Positions 28,860 through 39,850 of a DNA stretch of 64,000 nucleotides are shown one piece after another. The translations under genes and the position numbers were made by a program. Position 1 is the stretch's first letter, and every line of letters begins with the position of its first letter. Origin of the DNA: Eledone cirrhosa (lineage: Eukaryota); assembly GCA_964016885.1 (NCBI GenBank), contig OZ024740.1:396800001-396864000 (forward strand), in the 5' to 3' direction. The notes beneath the pieces are model-generated. The model did no database searches. It was given only the letters and a program-made list of their open reading frames with translations, and was not told the origin of the DNA.

Positions 28860-29689
28860 CTCTATACGGATGTTTAAATTGAATGAATAAATAAATAAAT
28901 AGATGGAAAAGAAAACCTAGTCTATTTGATGCAATTTTTAGCTGAGTGAAAAGTTTGCAATGTTTATGAAATGTTACTAAAGATTATAAAACTTAGCATT
29001 TTAAACAAATGCAACATTTTGAGTAATTAATATATTGTTCATGACTAGAAGGAATATGTTAAATTGGAGTTAAATATGAAATACATATCAGAAATTATTT
29101 AGGCAACTATCTAAAATGCTATTTTACATCAAGGATTGATAAAGCTATATAAAATTATGGCAATGTTTCAAGTAATGTACATGTTTCTAGAATAGAAGTG
29201 AGATTAAATATATATATATATATATGCACATACGTGACAATAAAACATACTGGTGGATCATTCTGGTCAAATATTTTATGAAATGCAGTTATAACAAATC
29301 AGATATTGTTCTTTGAGGCAGAAAACAAAATCTGTGTATGGAGAGGTCGGTTGGCTAGCTGGTGTGGAAAAAATAATATCCATATTTGGCTAATGCAGAA
29401 AGATTATTGTAAAAAATGTAAACATTTTAATTACTAAGAAGCTTTTTATAGCTGATACTTAGCTCTAGTTTTATGACAGGAAGTGGGTGAGAGATGAATA
29501 TCTTTAGATAGGATTACAATTAATATTACCATATAGTTTGGCACCTCATCTTGAAAGGTTGGTGGTCAGAGGAAATTTAAATTAAATAGTGATGCTCATA
29601 AATACATTGAAACAAATTGCAGTGGAACTGATACCCAACCTTCAGTGGCTAGCATGTTTCTCCAGAAACTATCAGAAAGTGAGAAAGAG

Positions 29690-29856
29690 ATACAATTGAC
29701 CCCAATACCAGATTGGTATTAATTTATCAACCCTGAAAAGATGAAAGGTAGAGTTAATCTTGATAGAATTTGAACTTGAATCAGTCAGTAATGCAAGAGG
29801 CCAGAGTGAATATTGCAAAGCATTCTATCTTATATTCTAACAATTCCTGCCAATTG
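29690..29856 (-). mobile_element. Degraded tRNA-derived SINE (family A, octopus OK-like)
   Basis: ATTTATCAACCCTGAAAAGATGAAAGGTAGAGTTAATCT...ATTTGAACT aligns by eye with the TSD-flanked copy at 48856-49036. The family name is from recall. Confidence 0.65.
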
Positions 29857-29893
29857 CACCCCTTTATAGATATAACACACACACATATGAATG

Positions 29894-29895
<2 letters not shown>

Positions 29896-29982
<87 letters not shown>
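29896..29982. repeat. (GT)n microsatellite
   Basis: Uninterrupted TG/GT run of about 87 bp. Confidence 0.98.
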
Positions 29983-29985
<3 letters not shown>

Positions 29986-30689
29986 AGTATATGACTGTTG
30001 AGTATATTTATGTTGTCATGCTTAAATAGATATTTTAACACATGAGTGAATAGCTATTAAAAATAGAGAATCAAATAAGACACTGACATGGACCTAGATC
30101 TGTATGTAAACAAATTAATATGCACACATACATATACACACACAGATACATATAAACACATATGCAGACAAACACACATACACATATAGTTATGTCAGTA
30201 AATAATGCATAATGAGTATTTTGGGAATGATTTCCTATATGGTTGGAAAAATCTTCAATTTGATCTGTGATAGTTAAAATTATAGATGAAGCTATCTTTA
30301 GAAGATTTAACTTGAACAGATGCTAATGGCATTGGGATATCAGGATGTTTATAGAGACAAGAGAATTCATCAAAATGATTGAGAAATAACATTGGTAGAA
30401 GAGAGGGTGAAAATAAATAGTCTTTATATAACTAAGAAAATTAGAACACATAGACGCACATACATTGACACAAAAGCAGACAAATATAAGTCAAGTACGT
30501 AGTACCCAAATATATATGCATATATAAATATATACACACATATATAGTCAAATAAACACATATATACATAAAGTCACACACACACATGCAGACATACATG
30601 TATACAAAAACAAATATTTAGACATATTACAAAGAGAAATTCATTCAAACAAACAAAACCATGTGTAAATATATATTTATATATATATC

Positions 30690-30946
30690 GATAGTCGATC
30701 GACAAGATCACAGACCTCATTCACTTAATGAGTGGGGTGGAGCTCATCAAATCAGACTGAGGAAACAATGTTTCCATTGATCTTTCCAATTACTAATACT
30801 ATCTGTCGGTCGCAACCCCAGGCAGAAGGAGTAATGTGAAATAAAATGTCTTGCCCAAGGACATAACGCATCACCTGGTCTGGGAATCAAAATAACAATC
30901 TCACAATTGCGAATCCGATTCTCTAACCACTCATGCACGTGCCTTC
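30690..30946 (-). mobile_element. tRNA-head SINE with CORE-like central motif (family B head, different 3' part)
   Basis: Reverse strand reads GAAGGCACGTGCATGAGTGGTTAGAG...GTCCTTGGGCAAGACATTTTATTTCACATT, matching the head and core of the SINE at 57967-58310. The left boundary is approximate. Confidence 0.7.
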
Positions 30947-31061
30947 ACACACACACACGCACACATATATATGGGGTGCGGGTACAGAGAGTTCGTTAGT
31001 TGGGTCAACAGTTGACAACTTCTCTAGTGTTGGTGATCTATATGATAAACAGTCATGATAT

Positions 31062-32175
31062 CCCGGCCTGCACATGTCAATCCTATTCATGTAAATAATG
31101 AACAGGAGAGGTAACAGTATGCACCTTTGGTGGCGTACAACTCCCACATTGAATGGTTTTGATTTAACACCGTTTATCTGAACACTTGGGAATTTGTATA
31201 GCGATATCTGCGCAGCAATATAGAGGCAGCAGGTCTTGAGGAACGCAGTCATATGCCTTATCAAGGTCGACAAAATAAGAATATACCTCTTGGCAATACT
31301 CCCACGATTTCTCAAAGATCTGCCACAATGTGAATATTTAGTCGGTTGTGCAGTGTCTGGGGGTGAAAACAGCACTGTTCATCAGCTAGCTTGATGAGAC
31401 AGCCAGAGAATACCTACTCTATTTAAGGCTTTTAACATCTCGGACTGGATTTCATCTTCCCTTGTGGCTTTGTCCCATTTGAGCTCTTTAACTGCTCTTG
31501 TGACCGCAGCCTCTGAGAGATTAGTCACTGCTCCCAGATGCACCTTGTATACATCAGAAGATGCTGTTGTGGTCGGGTTTAGGAGATCAACAAAGTATTT
31601 TCTCCACCTCACCTGAATGCACCTCTCTGAAGAGAGGAGAACCCCAGACATGTTCTTGATGGCAGGTGTGGAGGAGTGCTTCTTATTACGAAGTTGGTAG
31701 ATAGTCTGCCAGAACACTTTATTTGCTGATCTGAAGTTGGATTCCAGCTTAACTCCAAAGTCCTCCCATGTCTTAACTTTGGACGCCTTTACTATTGCTG
31801 CTGCAATTCTTCATACCTGCTTGTCCTGCAAGTGCAAGAAGGAGGATTTATTTCCAAGCCAAGCTTTTTAAGCCTGCTCCTTTGCCCGGATGGCATCTTT
31901 GACCTCTTGATTGAACCAAGGAGTCTTCCTCCATCCGGCACCACACCAACCCTTTTTTGCCCGCAGCATTAAATAGCTGAAGCAGAAACTGCTGAACTGA
32001 ACAATCTCCAGTCTGTTTCAACGTCCTCAGTTTGCTCAGGGAGTTTTCTGAATTTGGATGCAATAGTATCTGCATACCTGGTCCTGACTTCCTTATCCAC
32101 CAATGCTTCCCACTTTATTTTGTAGGTCTCCAGTGAAATCGACTGTATTGCAACCCTCTCAGCCCCACAACTGCA
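31062..32175 (-). mobile_element. Decayed RTE-clade (Expander/REX3-like) LINE fragment, linker plus part of RT
   Basis: Minus-strand peptides TPWFNQEVKDAIRAK, RWRKYFVDLLNP, KATREDEIQSEMLKAL and SKPFNVGVVRHQRCILLPLLFIIYM (RT QG..LSP motif, degenerate). Contains stops, frameshifts and an internal deletion. Confidence 0.8.
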
Positions 32176-32220
32176 TAGTTCCTACATAGTTCCTTCCCTT
32201 CCTCTCCTAGGATTCCACCC

Positions 32221-32631
32221 GGCTCTGGTCCCTGTTCTCATCCCTGCTGTAATATCTGGCCCTTCATTTCTAACCTCACCACTCTCACAGGCACCAATGG
32301 TTCATTCCATATCCACTACTCCTTCACCTGCACCTCCATCCCTGTTCTCTATGCTCGCCAGTGTTTCCTTTGCAGTTCCTTATACATCAGACAAACAGGG
32401 TGCCATTTGGCAGACCGTTTTGCTGAACATTTGAGGGACATATGACTTGGTATGAATACCCCCATCGCACATCATTTTCATTCCCCAGGCCACTCTTCCA
32501 TACATGTCACAGTCCTTGATGTCTTTTTACATCATGGATCACAGGCCTCGTGCTCCAGAACTGAGCAGAGTCTGATTTTTCGCCTTGTGACCAGTTTCCC
32601 CAATCTCAACAACCCTCCCCAATTTCTTTAA
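32221..32631 (+). mobile_element. Penelope-like element GIY-YIG endonuclease remnant (Neptune-like)
   Basis: Frame from 32221 reads GPCSHPCCNIWP...FTCTSIPVLYARQCFLCSSLYIRQTGCHLADRFAEHLRDI*...PIAHHFHSPGHS...EQSLIFRL, with one stop at 32443-32445. It is absent from the ORF track. Confidence 0.85.
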
Positions 32632-33160
32632 TCTTACTGACATATGCTCATGCTTACTTCTCAACCCCCTTGCCACTTTCACCTTTACCCTGTCTGTTGT
32701 CATACATGCGCGCATACATTCACCCCTCTGTTCCTATAGCTCTATTATGGTCAGAAACATACACCCTTACAGCTTATCCAGACCAACAAAAAATGCATAA
32801 ACATCTCTACACACATACACACCCTTATATACACACATTTGCTCACAGCTTTGTACTTACAAACACACACAGACACTCCTTTATTTACATATACACAAAC
32901 ATCCTCTTCGTTCAGGTGTATAAAAACACACACACACACGTACAGCTCTATATACAAAGTGTTTTTTTTCCCCTTTCAAATAGACACGATCGATCACCAC
33001 CTTTTCAAATAAGTATATCATACACAAAACGTCAGCATTAGCAGTTTTCCAAGAGAAAGCAACACGAATGGACCTGTTATTTTTCTCTAAATTTTTTTTT
33101 TGGATTCTGCCGTGCCCATCTCCTCAATCTTTCTATTTCTTCTTTAATTTTTCATTCTAT

Positions 33161-33195
33161 TTTCTGATGAAGGACTAGCATCGGAAACGTTAATA
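33161..33195 (+). ncRNA. Degenerate minimal hammerhead ribozyme motif of a Penelope terminal repeat
   Basis: CTGATGA (33164-33170), A-GGA-CTAGCA-TCG, GAAAC (33184-33188), GTTA. Helix II has a mismatch. Lies about 530 bp downstream of the GIY-YIG remnant. Confidence 0.55.
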
Positions 33196-33261
33196 CTCTT
33201 TTCCTATTATATCAAGCATAAAACTAATAATATATTTCTTTATTGTTCTCTCTCTCTCTCT

Positions 33262-33311
<50 letters not shown>

Positions 33312-33314
<3 letters not shown>

Positions 33315-34206
33315 GTTATATAGTAAGGTGCATTATTGGTTGTGTAAAATGGTCCAATAAATTTATGTTAGCAATATTAAGTTTTCCACGCTTTTGTATA
33401 TCTCCAATTCCATTCAAGGCATACCCAGACATACCCTTTTTTGAACGATTCGGATGTGTATATACCATAACATACACTTGAAGATATGGATGTTACAATT
33501 CCATCTATACACGTATAGCAGAACACTGACTGAACTGAACTTACTTGCGTGTGTGTGTGTGTGTGTATGGGGCGTTGGTTAACCCAATATTTCCAATTTA
33601 CATCGTCAAATTGAGATTTGATCAATGTAGCAGCTGTTGTTTTGTGAACTAACTTTTGGTGAATGCTGTGTTGGTACCTTCTTATATTTGTTTTCTTATA
33701 TTTGTTTTTTTCTCCGACATCGCTTCGGTGTGTGTGACAGTGTGTGTGTACCCACCCACTCAAACTGACCTTTAATAATTCTACAGGTTTGATACTGTGT
33801 TGATGTGTGATAGTTAAAATATGTATATGTTTTTTTCTTTGACCTCGAACCGGTATGTGTGGGTGTGGAGTGTGTGTGTACCCACTCACATTAACTATAT
33901 CCCTACAGATTTGATTGATGTCCAGCGTCTTTTGCAGCGATAGAAATCCGACAACTTTTATGACTTCAACTGAAGCTAATAGCAGTCGCCGTGTCTCTGA
34001 CTGGTGTGTCTTCATATGAGGGAATGAATTCTGTGAGAGAACATCGTTATTTTTCTCCCTCATATCAAGAATTTGAAGACAATTCATTTTCACCTGATGA
34101 GATCAGTGATAATCGATCATGGCTTCACAATCGATCTATCTCTTATTGAAACATGTGTCGTGATTAAATGATTGGAATTTTACCTTGCCTTCGGATTTTC
34201 ATTTTG
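33312..34206 (+). mobile_element. About 0.9-kb hammerhead-bearing, probably non-coding insert between (TA)n tracts (non-autonomous Penelope or retrozyme-like)
   Basis: Flanked by (TA)n at 33264-33311 and 34207-34222. Contains hairpin ATATGAGGGA/TCCCTCATAT (34014-34023/34056-34065) and a hammerhead near its 3' end. Confidence 0.55.
34084..34171 (+). ncRNA. Type I hammerhead ribozyme with extended helix II
   Basis: Helix I TCATTT+TCAC pairs with GTGA+AAATGA (2-nt bulge). Core CTGATGA 34094-34100; GAAA 34148-34151; short helix III with palindromic ACATGT; GTC cleavage triplet 34157-34159. Confidence 0.8.
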
Positions 34207-34249
34207 ATATATATATATATATAGAGAGAGAGAGAGGAGTGTAGAGGGC

Positions 34250-34439
34250 CCCTGAGTCCAGTAATACAACCTCTCTAGTGTTGGTGGCATGAATAAAAGC
34301 ACCCAGTCCATGTTGTAAAGTGCTGCTGGTGTTAGGAAGGGCATCCAACCAGTATATATTAATACCAAAAATTATGAGCACAACAAATGCTTGTCCCACC
34401 CTTGCAAGCAGGGAAAACTGGAGGTATGATGATGATGAT
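34250..34439 (+). mobile_element. Bipartite non-autonomous RTE derivative (5'-UTR module plus 3' tail)
   Basis: The 5' part matches the RTE leader at 48260-48347. The 3' part GTCCCACCCTTGCAAGCAGGGAAAACTGGAGGTA(TGA)n matches the RTE end at 60790-60848. Confidence 0.75.
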
Positions 34440-34844
34440 AATATATATATATATATATATTTACATACACACACGCATATATAAATATAAAAGAAAACAT
34501 TACTACTTATATTAATACATATATAATATACAATAGAATGGAATTATTAAAACATGTTCTATCCATGATATTCTTGAAAGTCTTCTCTATAAACACTTTT
34601 CAAAGGTTTCTAATCTATTTGCCAACACTTTTAGATAATTTAATATTTGTGTCTTGATGTTAGTAGGTTTGACAATTTTTAAAATGACTTTCTAGTCATT
34701 CCATTCCTTCACATTTCCCATCATCTGATTGCATTTATTATAGGTATATTATATTTAATATCTGTTTGATTGTATAATATTCAACTATTCAATTATGGAG
34801 GATTATACCACTAGGCTGTGCATCTTCCCATACCCACATTACAT

Positions 34845-34881
<37 letters not shown>

Positions 34882-34937
34882 ATGTCTGTCCTCCACTCCC
34901 CCACACACCCTCGGAACACTCTTCCCACCCACCTTTC

Positions 34938-34969
34938 GCCTAAAGAAGGGCTTATGCCCGAAACGTCGC
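34938..34969 (+). ncRNA. Minimal Penelope-type hammerhead, core mutated
   Basis: GC-CTAAAGA-A-GGGC-TTAT-GCCC-GAAA-C-GTC-GC; the core reads CTAAAGA instead of CTGANGA. It lies in a 170-bp piece between (TA)n runs, followed by GAGCGTGAAACTAATAA, similar to AAGCATAAAACTAATAA after the 33164 motif. Confidence 0.65.
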
Positions 34970-35314
34970 CCCCCCCCACTCTCAAGAGCGTGAAACTAAT
35001 AAACCTTTGTTTGTACTGCCTCTCTGTTTTGTTCCCGTTCCATTTTTCACTATATATATATAATATATATATAGGAAAAGAGTCAGGACCTTGACGGCTG
35101 AGCTCCGGTCGTTTCAACACACACACGCGTGCACACACACACACATAAATACATTATCGTTGATTTTATGTTCATTTTTCCATGCTAGCAGGTGTGTTGG
35201 ATAAGAGTTTTGAAGCAGTGTTTCTACAACCAGATGCTGTCTTTGTGCTGTCAACCCTAACTTTGTTTTATAAGATTAATATAAATTGCAAATCTTTCCC
35301 AAAATGCTATGCTG

Positions 35315-35412
35315 CAAAATACAGGTTGTAAAACAAAATACAGGTTGTAAAACAAAATACAGGTTGTAAAACAAAATACAGGTTGTAAAACAAAATACAG
35401 GTTGTAAAACAA
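35315..35412. repeat. 19-bp minisatellite, 5 perfect copies
   Basis: Unit CAAAATACAGGTTGTAAAA x5 plus CAA. Confidence 0.97.
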
Positions 35413-36135
35413 GCCCTCACTACTCGAAATGTTGCCAATATAAATAGGTAATCAGTAAACACATACACATGCACACGCACACACATATATAGGGGTCTAA
35501 TCTGCATCTAAATTGTAAGTTAAACTTTTTCATTTTGTTTATTCTAGTTCAATCTATTTATTTATTCTTTGCAACTCTGTCTTTGTTTTCTCTATGAAAA
35601 CACTCTGGTCGGGTGCTTTGAGCATGTTCATTTTTTCAATTTGAATCAATGCCAGTATGTGTTCCCTGTAAATAGTCAGGTCTGACTTATCTCCTCTTTC
35701 ATGTGAAGTCACGTGTCACTAAAAGTTGAGGTTTACCACTACACTTGCTGGTATCCACCAGCATGTCGTACTAGCTGGCTAAATGGACCTTTCCATTCTG
35801 GGGAGTCAAACGTCTGCTGAAAATGTGATTCCTGCTAACTTACGTAATGTATACTAACATTACCTAATTTCTGCACATGGTAGTTTCATTCAGACTACTG
35901 CTGGCAGATTGGAATCATAGAAACTGATGCATTGGTCCAAGTAATTCCAATTTCCTACCCACACAAAGTCTTTTTCTTCACTGATTAACATATAAGTATA
36001 CACTCTAATTGGTTGGGTTTGTATTTTAATAATACAGACATAATTACATTATTGGTTGAGTGAAAAAATGACCGAAGTTGTGTCCATTCTATTCGATAAG
36101 CTTCATATATAAGCTTCATATATATATATATAGAG

Positions 36136-36348
36136 AGAGAATTAAAAAGAACAGAAAGATGCAGTAAAAGAGATTTATTCGGTTCTTACGTACGTTTCAA
36201 TAGACATCTATTTGCCTAGATCTCGCTACATCTATAATATATAATATTATAGATGTAGCGAGATCTAGGCAAATAGATGTCTATTGAAACATACGTAAGA
36301 ACCGAATAAATCTCTTTTACTGCATCTTTCTGTTCTTTTTAATTCTCT
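36136..36348. repeat. Near-perfect palindrome, 105-bp arms, 3-nt loop
   Basis: Arms 36136-36240 and 36244-36348 are reverse complements, with one mismatch seen. Confidence 0.95.
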
Positions 36349-36491
36349 ATACACGCCCCGGAATATAGCTAAACTGGAATATACACCTTTTTTCTGCATT
36401 TTATTGAGCACCACTCTGTTGTAAGCTGACATTCCACTACACGGTACATAACACTGTGTCCTGGAAAACATTAATGCACTCGTGCATAACC

Positions 36492-36544
<53 letters not shown>

Positions 36545-36753
36545 CAGTATATAAAAGTTAGAACTATATTATCAATTCTCAAAGGAGAGTAGAGAATTTA
36601 AGTTCTGGAATGTAATTGCCAGCTTTTCAGAGAAAGGAATAGCTCAATGCTTTATATGATATATGATATATATATATATATAAAATAATATAAAATTTGG
36701 AGAAGAACAGATAATAACATGGAAGAGTAGTTATACATATAAAAATGCAGAGC

Positions 36754-37824
36754 CTATATAGACAAAAGTGTTAATGGTAAAACTAATCCTCTTTCATCAA
36801 AGAATGGTTTATTCTCTTACAATTGTTACGCATGAGATGTAACCTCGAATTAATTATTCAAATGTTGTTTCAGAGCTCTTTTTACAACGTCCATCCATAG
36901 AATAGATGTGTTTATATGATCACAGTTCATTCTCATCTGAGAGAAAAAAATAGTCAATGGTAAAGATTTATCACTGAACATCTTGTTTGCCTTTAGCATG
37001 GGATATGTTACCTGCTCCCTCATCTCAAAGATGAAGACTACACAGACCAAATAAGATTTTTGGGGTTTTTGTTATTTTTATGAATATTTGATGTTGACAT
37101 GTTGGCATAAAATATACTGCGGAAAAAAACGTCTAAGGGAGATAATTTATGGAAGGTTAACCCCAGAAATTGTTTCCCAAGATTAAATAAACTAGTTTTG
37201 GATAAGATTATATTCAACTCCATAAATAACAATTAATTGATGGTGGTACTATTACATACATCTAGAAGTGGACATAGTCATGTTTGTATTAATATTCCCC
37301 TAGAAAACTTTCACACTCTCATTTGCTCAAGTATATTCACAGACTCATATATCTATATTGTGTGGGGAAAAAGTATCTAAATATGTGCTGAGATATAAAA
37401 ACACTAGTATTCCTGAATCTACAGACCATAAAGTAGTTATTTACACATGCCAAGGGGCACAAATATACATTTTATGTTAAATTCCTATAAGTGCATATTT
37501 CTAAGTATGCATATCCTAGGATTAAACTAACTAATTCAGGATAAGCTCACACTTGACTTCCTTAATCACAATTAATTAATAGGAACCCTATTCAACAGAA
37601 CCAGAAATGGACATAGTTATGTTTGTATATCAATATTCTGTATAGTTCTTTGACACTTCTGTGATCATATAAACATCTATTTAATGGATGAACATTGTAA
37701 AACTCTGAAACAACATTTGAATAATAAATTCGAGGTCACATCTTATTCGAAACAATTGTAAGAGAATAAACCATTCTTTGATGAAAGAAGATTAATTTTT
37801 CCATTAACACTTTTGTCTATATAG
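36754..37824. repeat. Diverged inverted repeat, about 170-bp arms with about 730-bp spacer
   Basis: 36754-36925 is the approximate reverse complement of 37659-37824, sharing CCATTAACACTTTTGTCTATATAG and ACAATTGTAAGAGAATAAACCATTCTTTGATGAAAGA. Confidence 0.85.
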
Positions 37825-38182
37825 TTGCTATGCAGATACCCTTCATCCATCTCTCTCTTTCATTACTATCTCGAAAGAAATACAATGAAGTAAAGAAATA
37901 AAGAAAAAACGCTGGAACCTATAAAAACATGCTAGTAACTAATTTTCAACAGTTGCAGTGGAATTATGTCAGTGACTTGGTTGCAGATGTGTGATGAAAA
38001 TATTTACCTCTCAAGAAACGAAAAGTGAATACGAGGGACCTTATGGGTTCATTAATAGCTAAAATGGCTCTTCTATAATATAATTGTTTTAGAACAGAAA
38101 ATACTTCAGAATTTTTCCAATTTATCAATTTGAAGAAGAAACTGCTCATTAATAAATATATAATTCATGCTTATATGTTTAA

Positions 38183-38395
38183 CCCTTTAGCATTTACATT
38201 ACACTATATATATACTACTGTATTTTTGTGGTAAAGGCTTTATCTTACATAATTATCTCACACAACATCGAATCTACGAGAATTTGATATTATTTATTTT
38301 GAGAACAATACCTTAATGTCAATATGAGTACCTAGTTTGAACAGAAAGAGGTGAGAGAATTCTGGCCAGATACAGCGGGTTTAAATGCTAAAGGG
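38183..38395. mobile_element. piggyBac-type MITE, 213 bp
   Basis: Perfect 14-bp TIR CCCTTTAGCATTTA/TAAATGCTAAAGGG, flanked by TTAA at 38179-38182 and 38396-38399. Confidence 0.9.
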
Positions 38396-38404
38396 TTAAG
38401 TATG

Positions 38405-39185
38405 ATAAGAAGTCCTCTTGTGAACGTGACCTGGGCATTACTGTCAGCAGCGATTTGCGTTGGACAAAGCATATCTCTAAGATTGTCAAGAAGGCCGAGG
38501 GTGTCTTGGCATCACTCAGCAAGACCTTTGTTAGCCGCTCTCCAGCCATCTATTTAAAACTGTATACAGCTATGGTACGACCACACTTGGAATTCGCATC
38601 ATCAGTCTGGAACCCCTATCTTGCTCAGAACATTGACCTCCTGGAAACTGTTCAGAGACGTGCAACCAAGCGCATACCCTCTATCAGACACCTACCATAC
38701 TCTGAACGCCTTGCTTCCCTGGGCCTGGATTCATTGAAGCTCCGACATCTGGCAATGGACTTGGTGAATACCCACAAAGTTATTAACCATCTCGCCAATT
38801 GCAACCCTGAGCACCTTTTTGATCTCCATATGTCTAACACACGTGGACATGCCTACAAAATCAGAAAACAGCACAGCTCCCATGACTTTCGTAGACATTT
38901 TTTCACGCTCAGAGTTGCTGAAGCATGGAACAAACTGCCTGCATCAGTTGTTAACTGCCGAGACACTGCATCCTTTAAGACACTCATGCTTCCCAAAATA
39001 CGCCAAAACTACACCTGATGTACCCCTTCCATACACATGCACACATGTGTGTATCATGACTCGTGCACTGTTCATTTTACTGATGTTTGTGCATTGCCCT
39101 ATGTACTGTACATGCACTCTTTGATGAGTTGTGGTGCACCTGGGCACTGTACACAATATTTCATTATTATTATTATTATTATTAT
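38405..39185 (+). mobile_element. 5'-truncated CR1-clade LINE (RT C-terminus, 3' UTR, (ATT)n tail)
   Basis: ERDLGITVSSDLRWTKHI...LYTAMVRPHLEFASSVWNPY...VQRRATK...TRGH...FFTLRVAEAWNKLP (ORF 38455-39018), then a stem-loop GTGC-ACCTGG-GCAC and (ATT)n. Confidence 0.9.
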
Positions 39186-39189
39186 ATCT

Positions 39190-39293
39190 TGACTCATACA
39201 CTGTTCATTTTCCTGACATTTGTACATTATTCTATGTACTATACATGCACCTTTGATGAGTTGTAGTGCACCTGAGCACTGTACACAATAATT

Positions 39294-39323
<30 letters not shown>
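39190..39323 (+). mobile_element. Second, diverged CR1 3'-UTR copy with (ATT)n tail
   Basis: Repeats 39057-39185 with multiple substitutions; keeps AGTGC-ACCTGA-GCACT. Confidence 0.85.
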
Positions 39324-39324
<1 letters not shown>

Positions 39325-39739
39325 AAATAATCTGCTAGAAATTGATGTACCAACACCTATCATCTCACAATCCTATTACTACTGCTAAGATTCTTACAGT
39401 TTTAAAAATTCTTCTAAAATGAGAGCATTAAATCACAATGTTAAGATTCTAACAGCTTCAAACATTACCATGATAACACAAAGGGTTAAAGAACATTTGT
39501 TTACAATGAATACTATCAGCTTGGAAAGAGTGAAAACTGGACATATAACAATCTGTATTCAATATTTGATATTATTATAAACTGTGAATTATAAATGGTA
39601 TTTATAATATAAACTGTATTGAACAATAAACTGTATTTAATATTTAATGTTATTATAATCAATATAATATTGGAAATATTCTGTGTCCATTTTTATTTTT
39701 GTTGTATATATAGAAGCAGGTGAAACTCCAGAGTAACAA

Positions 39740-39850
39740 TTCAAATCCCGCTGAGGTTAACTTTACCTTTCATCCTTACGGGGTCGATAAAATAAAGTAC
39801 CAGTAATATAGTGGGATAATTGCTGGCCTTGTGCCAAAAGTAGAAACAAT
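39740..39850 (+). mobile_element. SINE family A, 5'-truncated
   Basis: TTCAAATCCCGCTGAGGTTAACTTTACCTTTCATCC...GCTGGCCTTGTGCC is near-identical to the reverse complement of 48856-48965. Confidence 0.8.

Noticed and set aside
33377-34093. 238-aa minus-strand ORF antisense to the hammerhead insert
   Set aside because: Non-ATG start, crosses (CA)n tracts, no recognisable domain. Its length is mildly unusual, but there is no support for coding.
35580-35990. Complex sequence that might be a host exon or TE fragment
   Set aside because: No convincing frame, splice-site pair or motif could be identified by eye.
37038-37232. NLGKQFL-containing ORF as a Penelope linker remnant
   Set aside because: The resemblance is too short and degenerate to call without a search.
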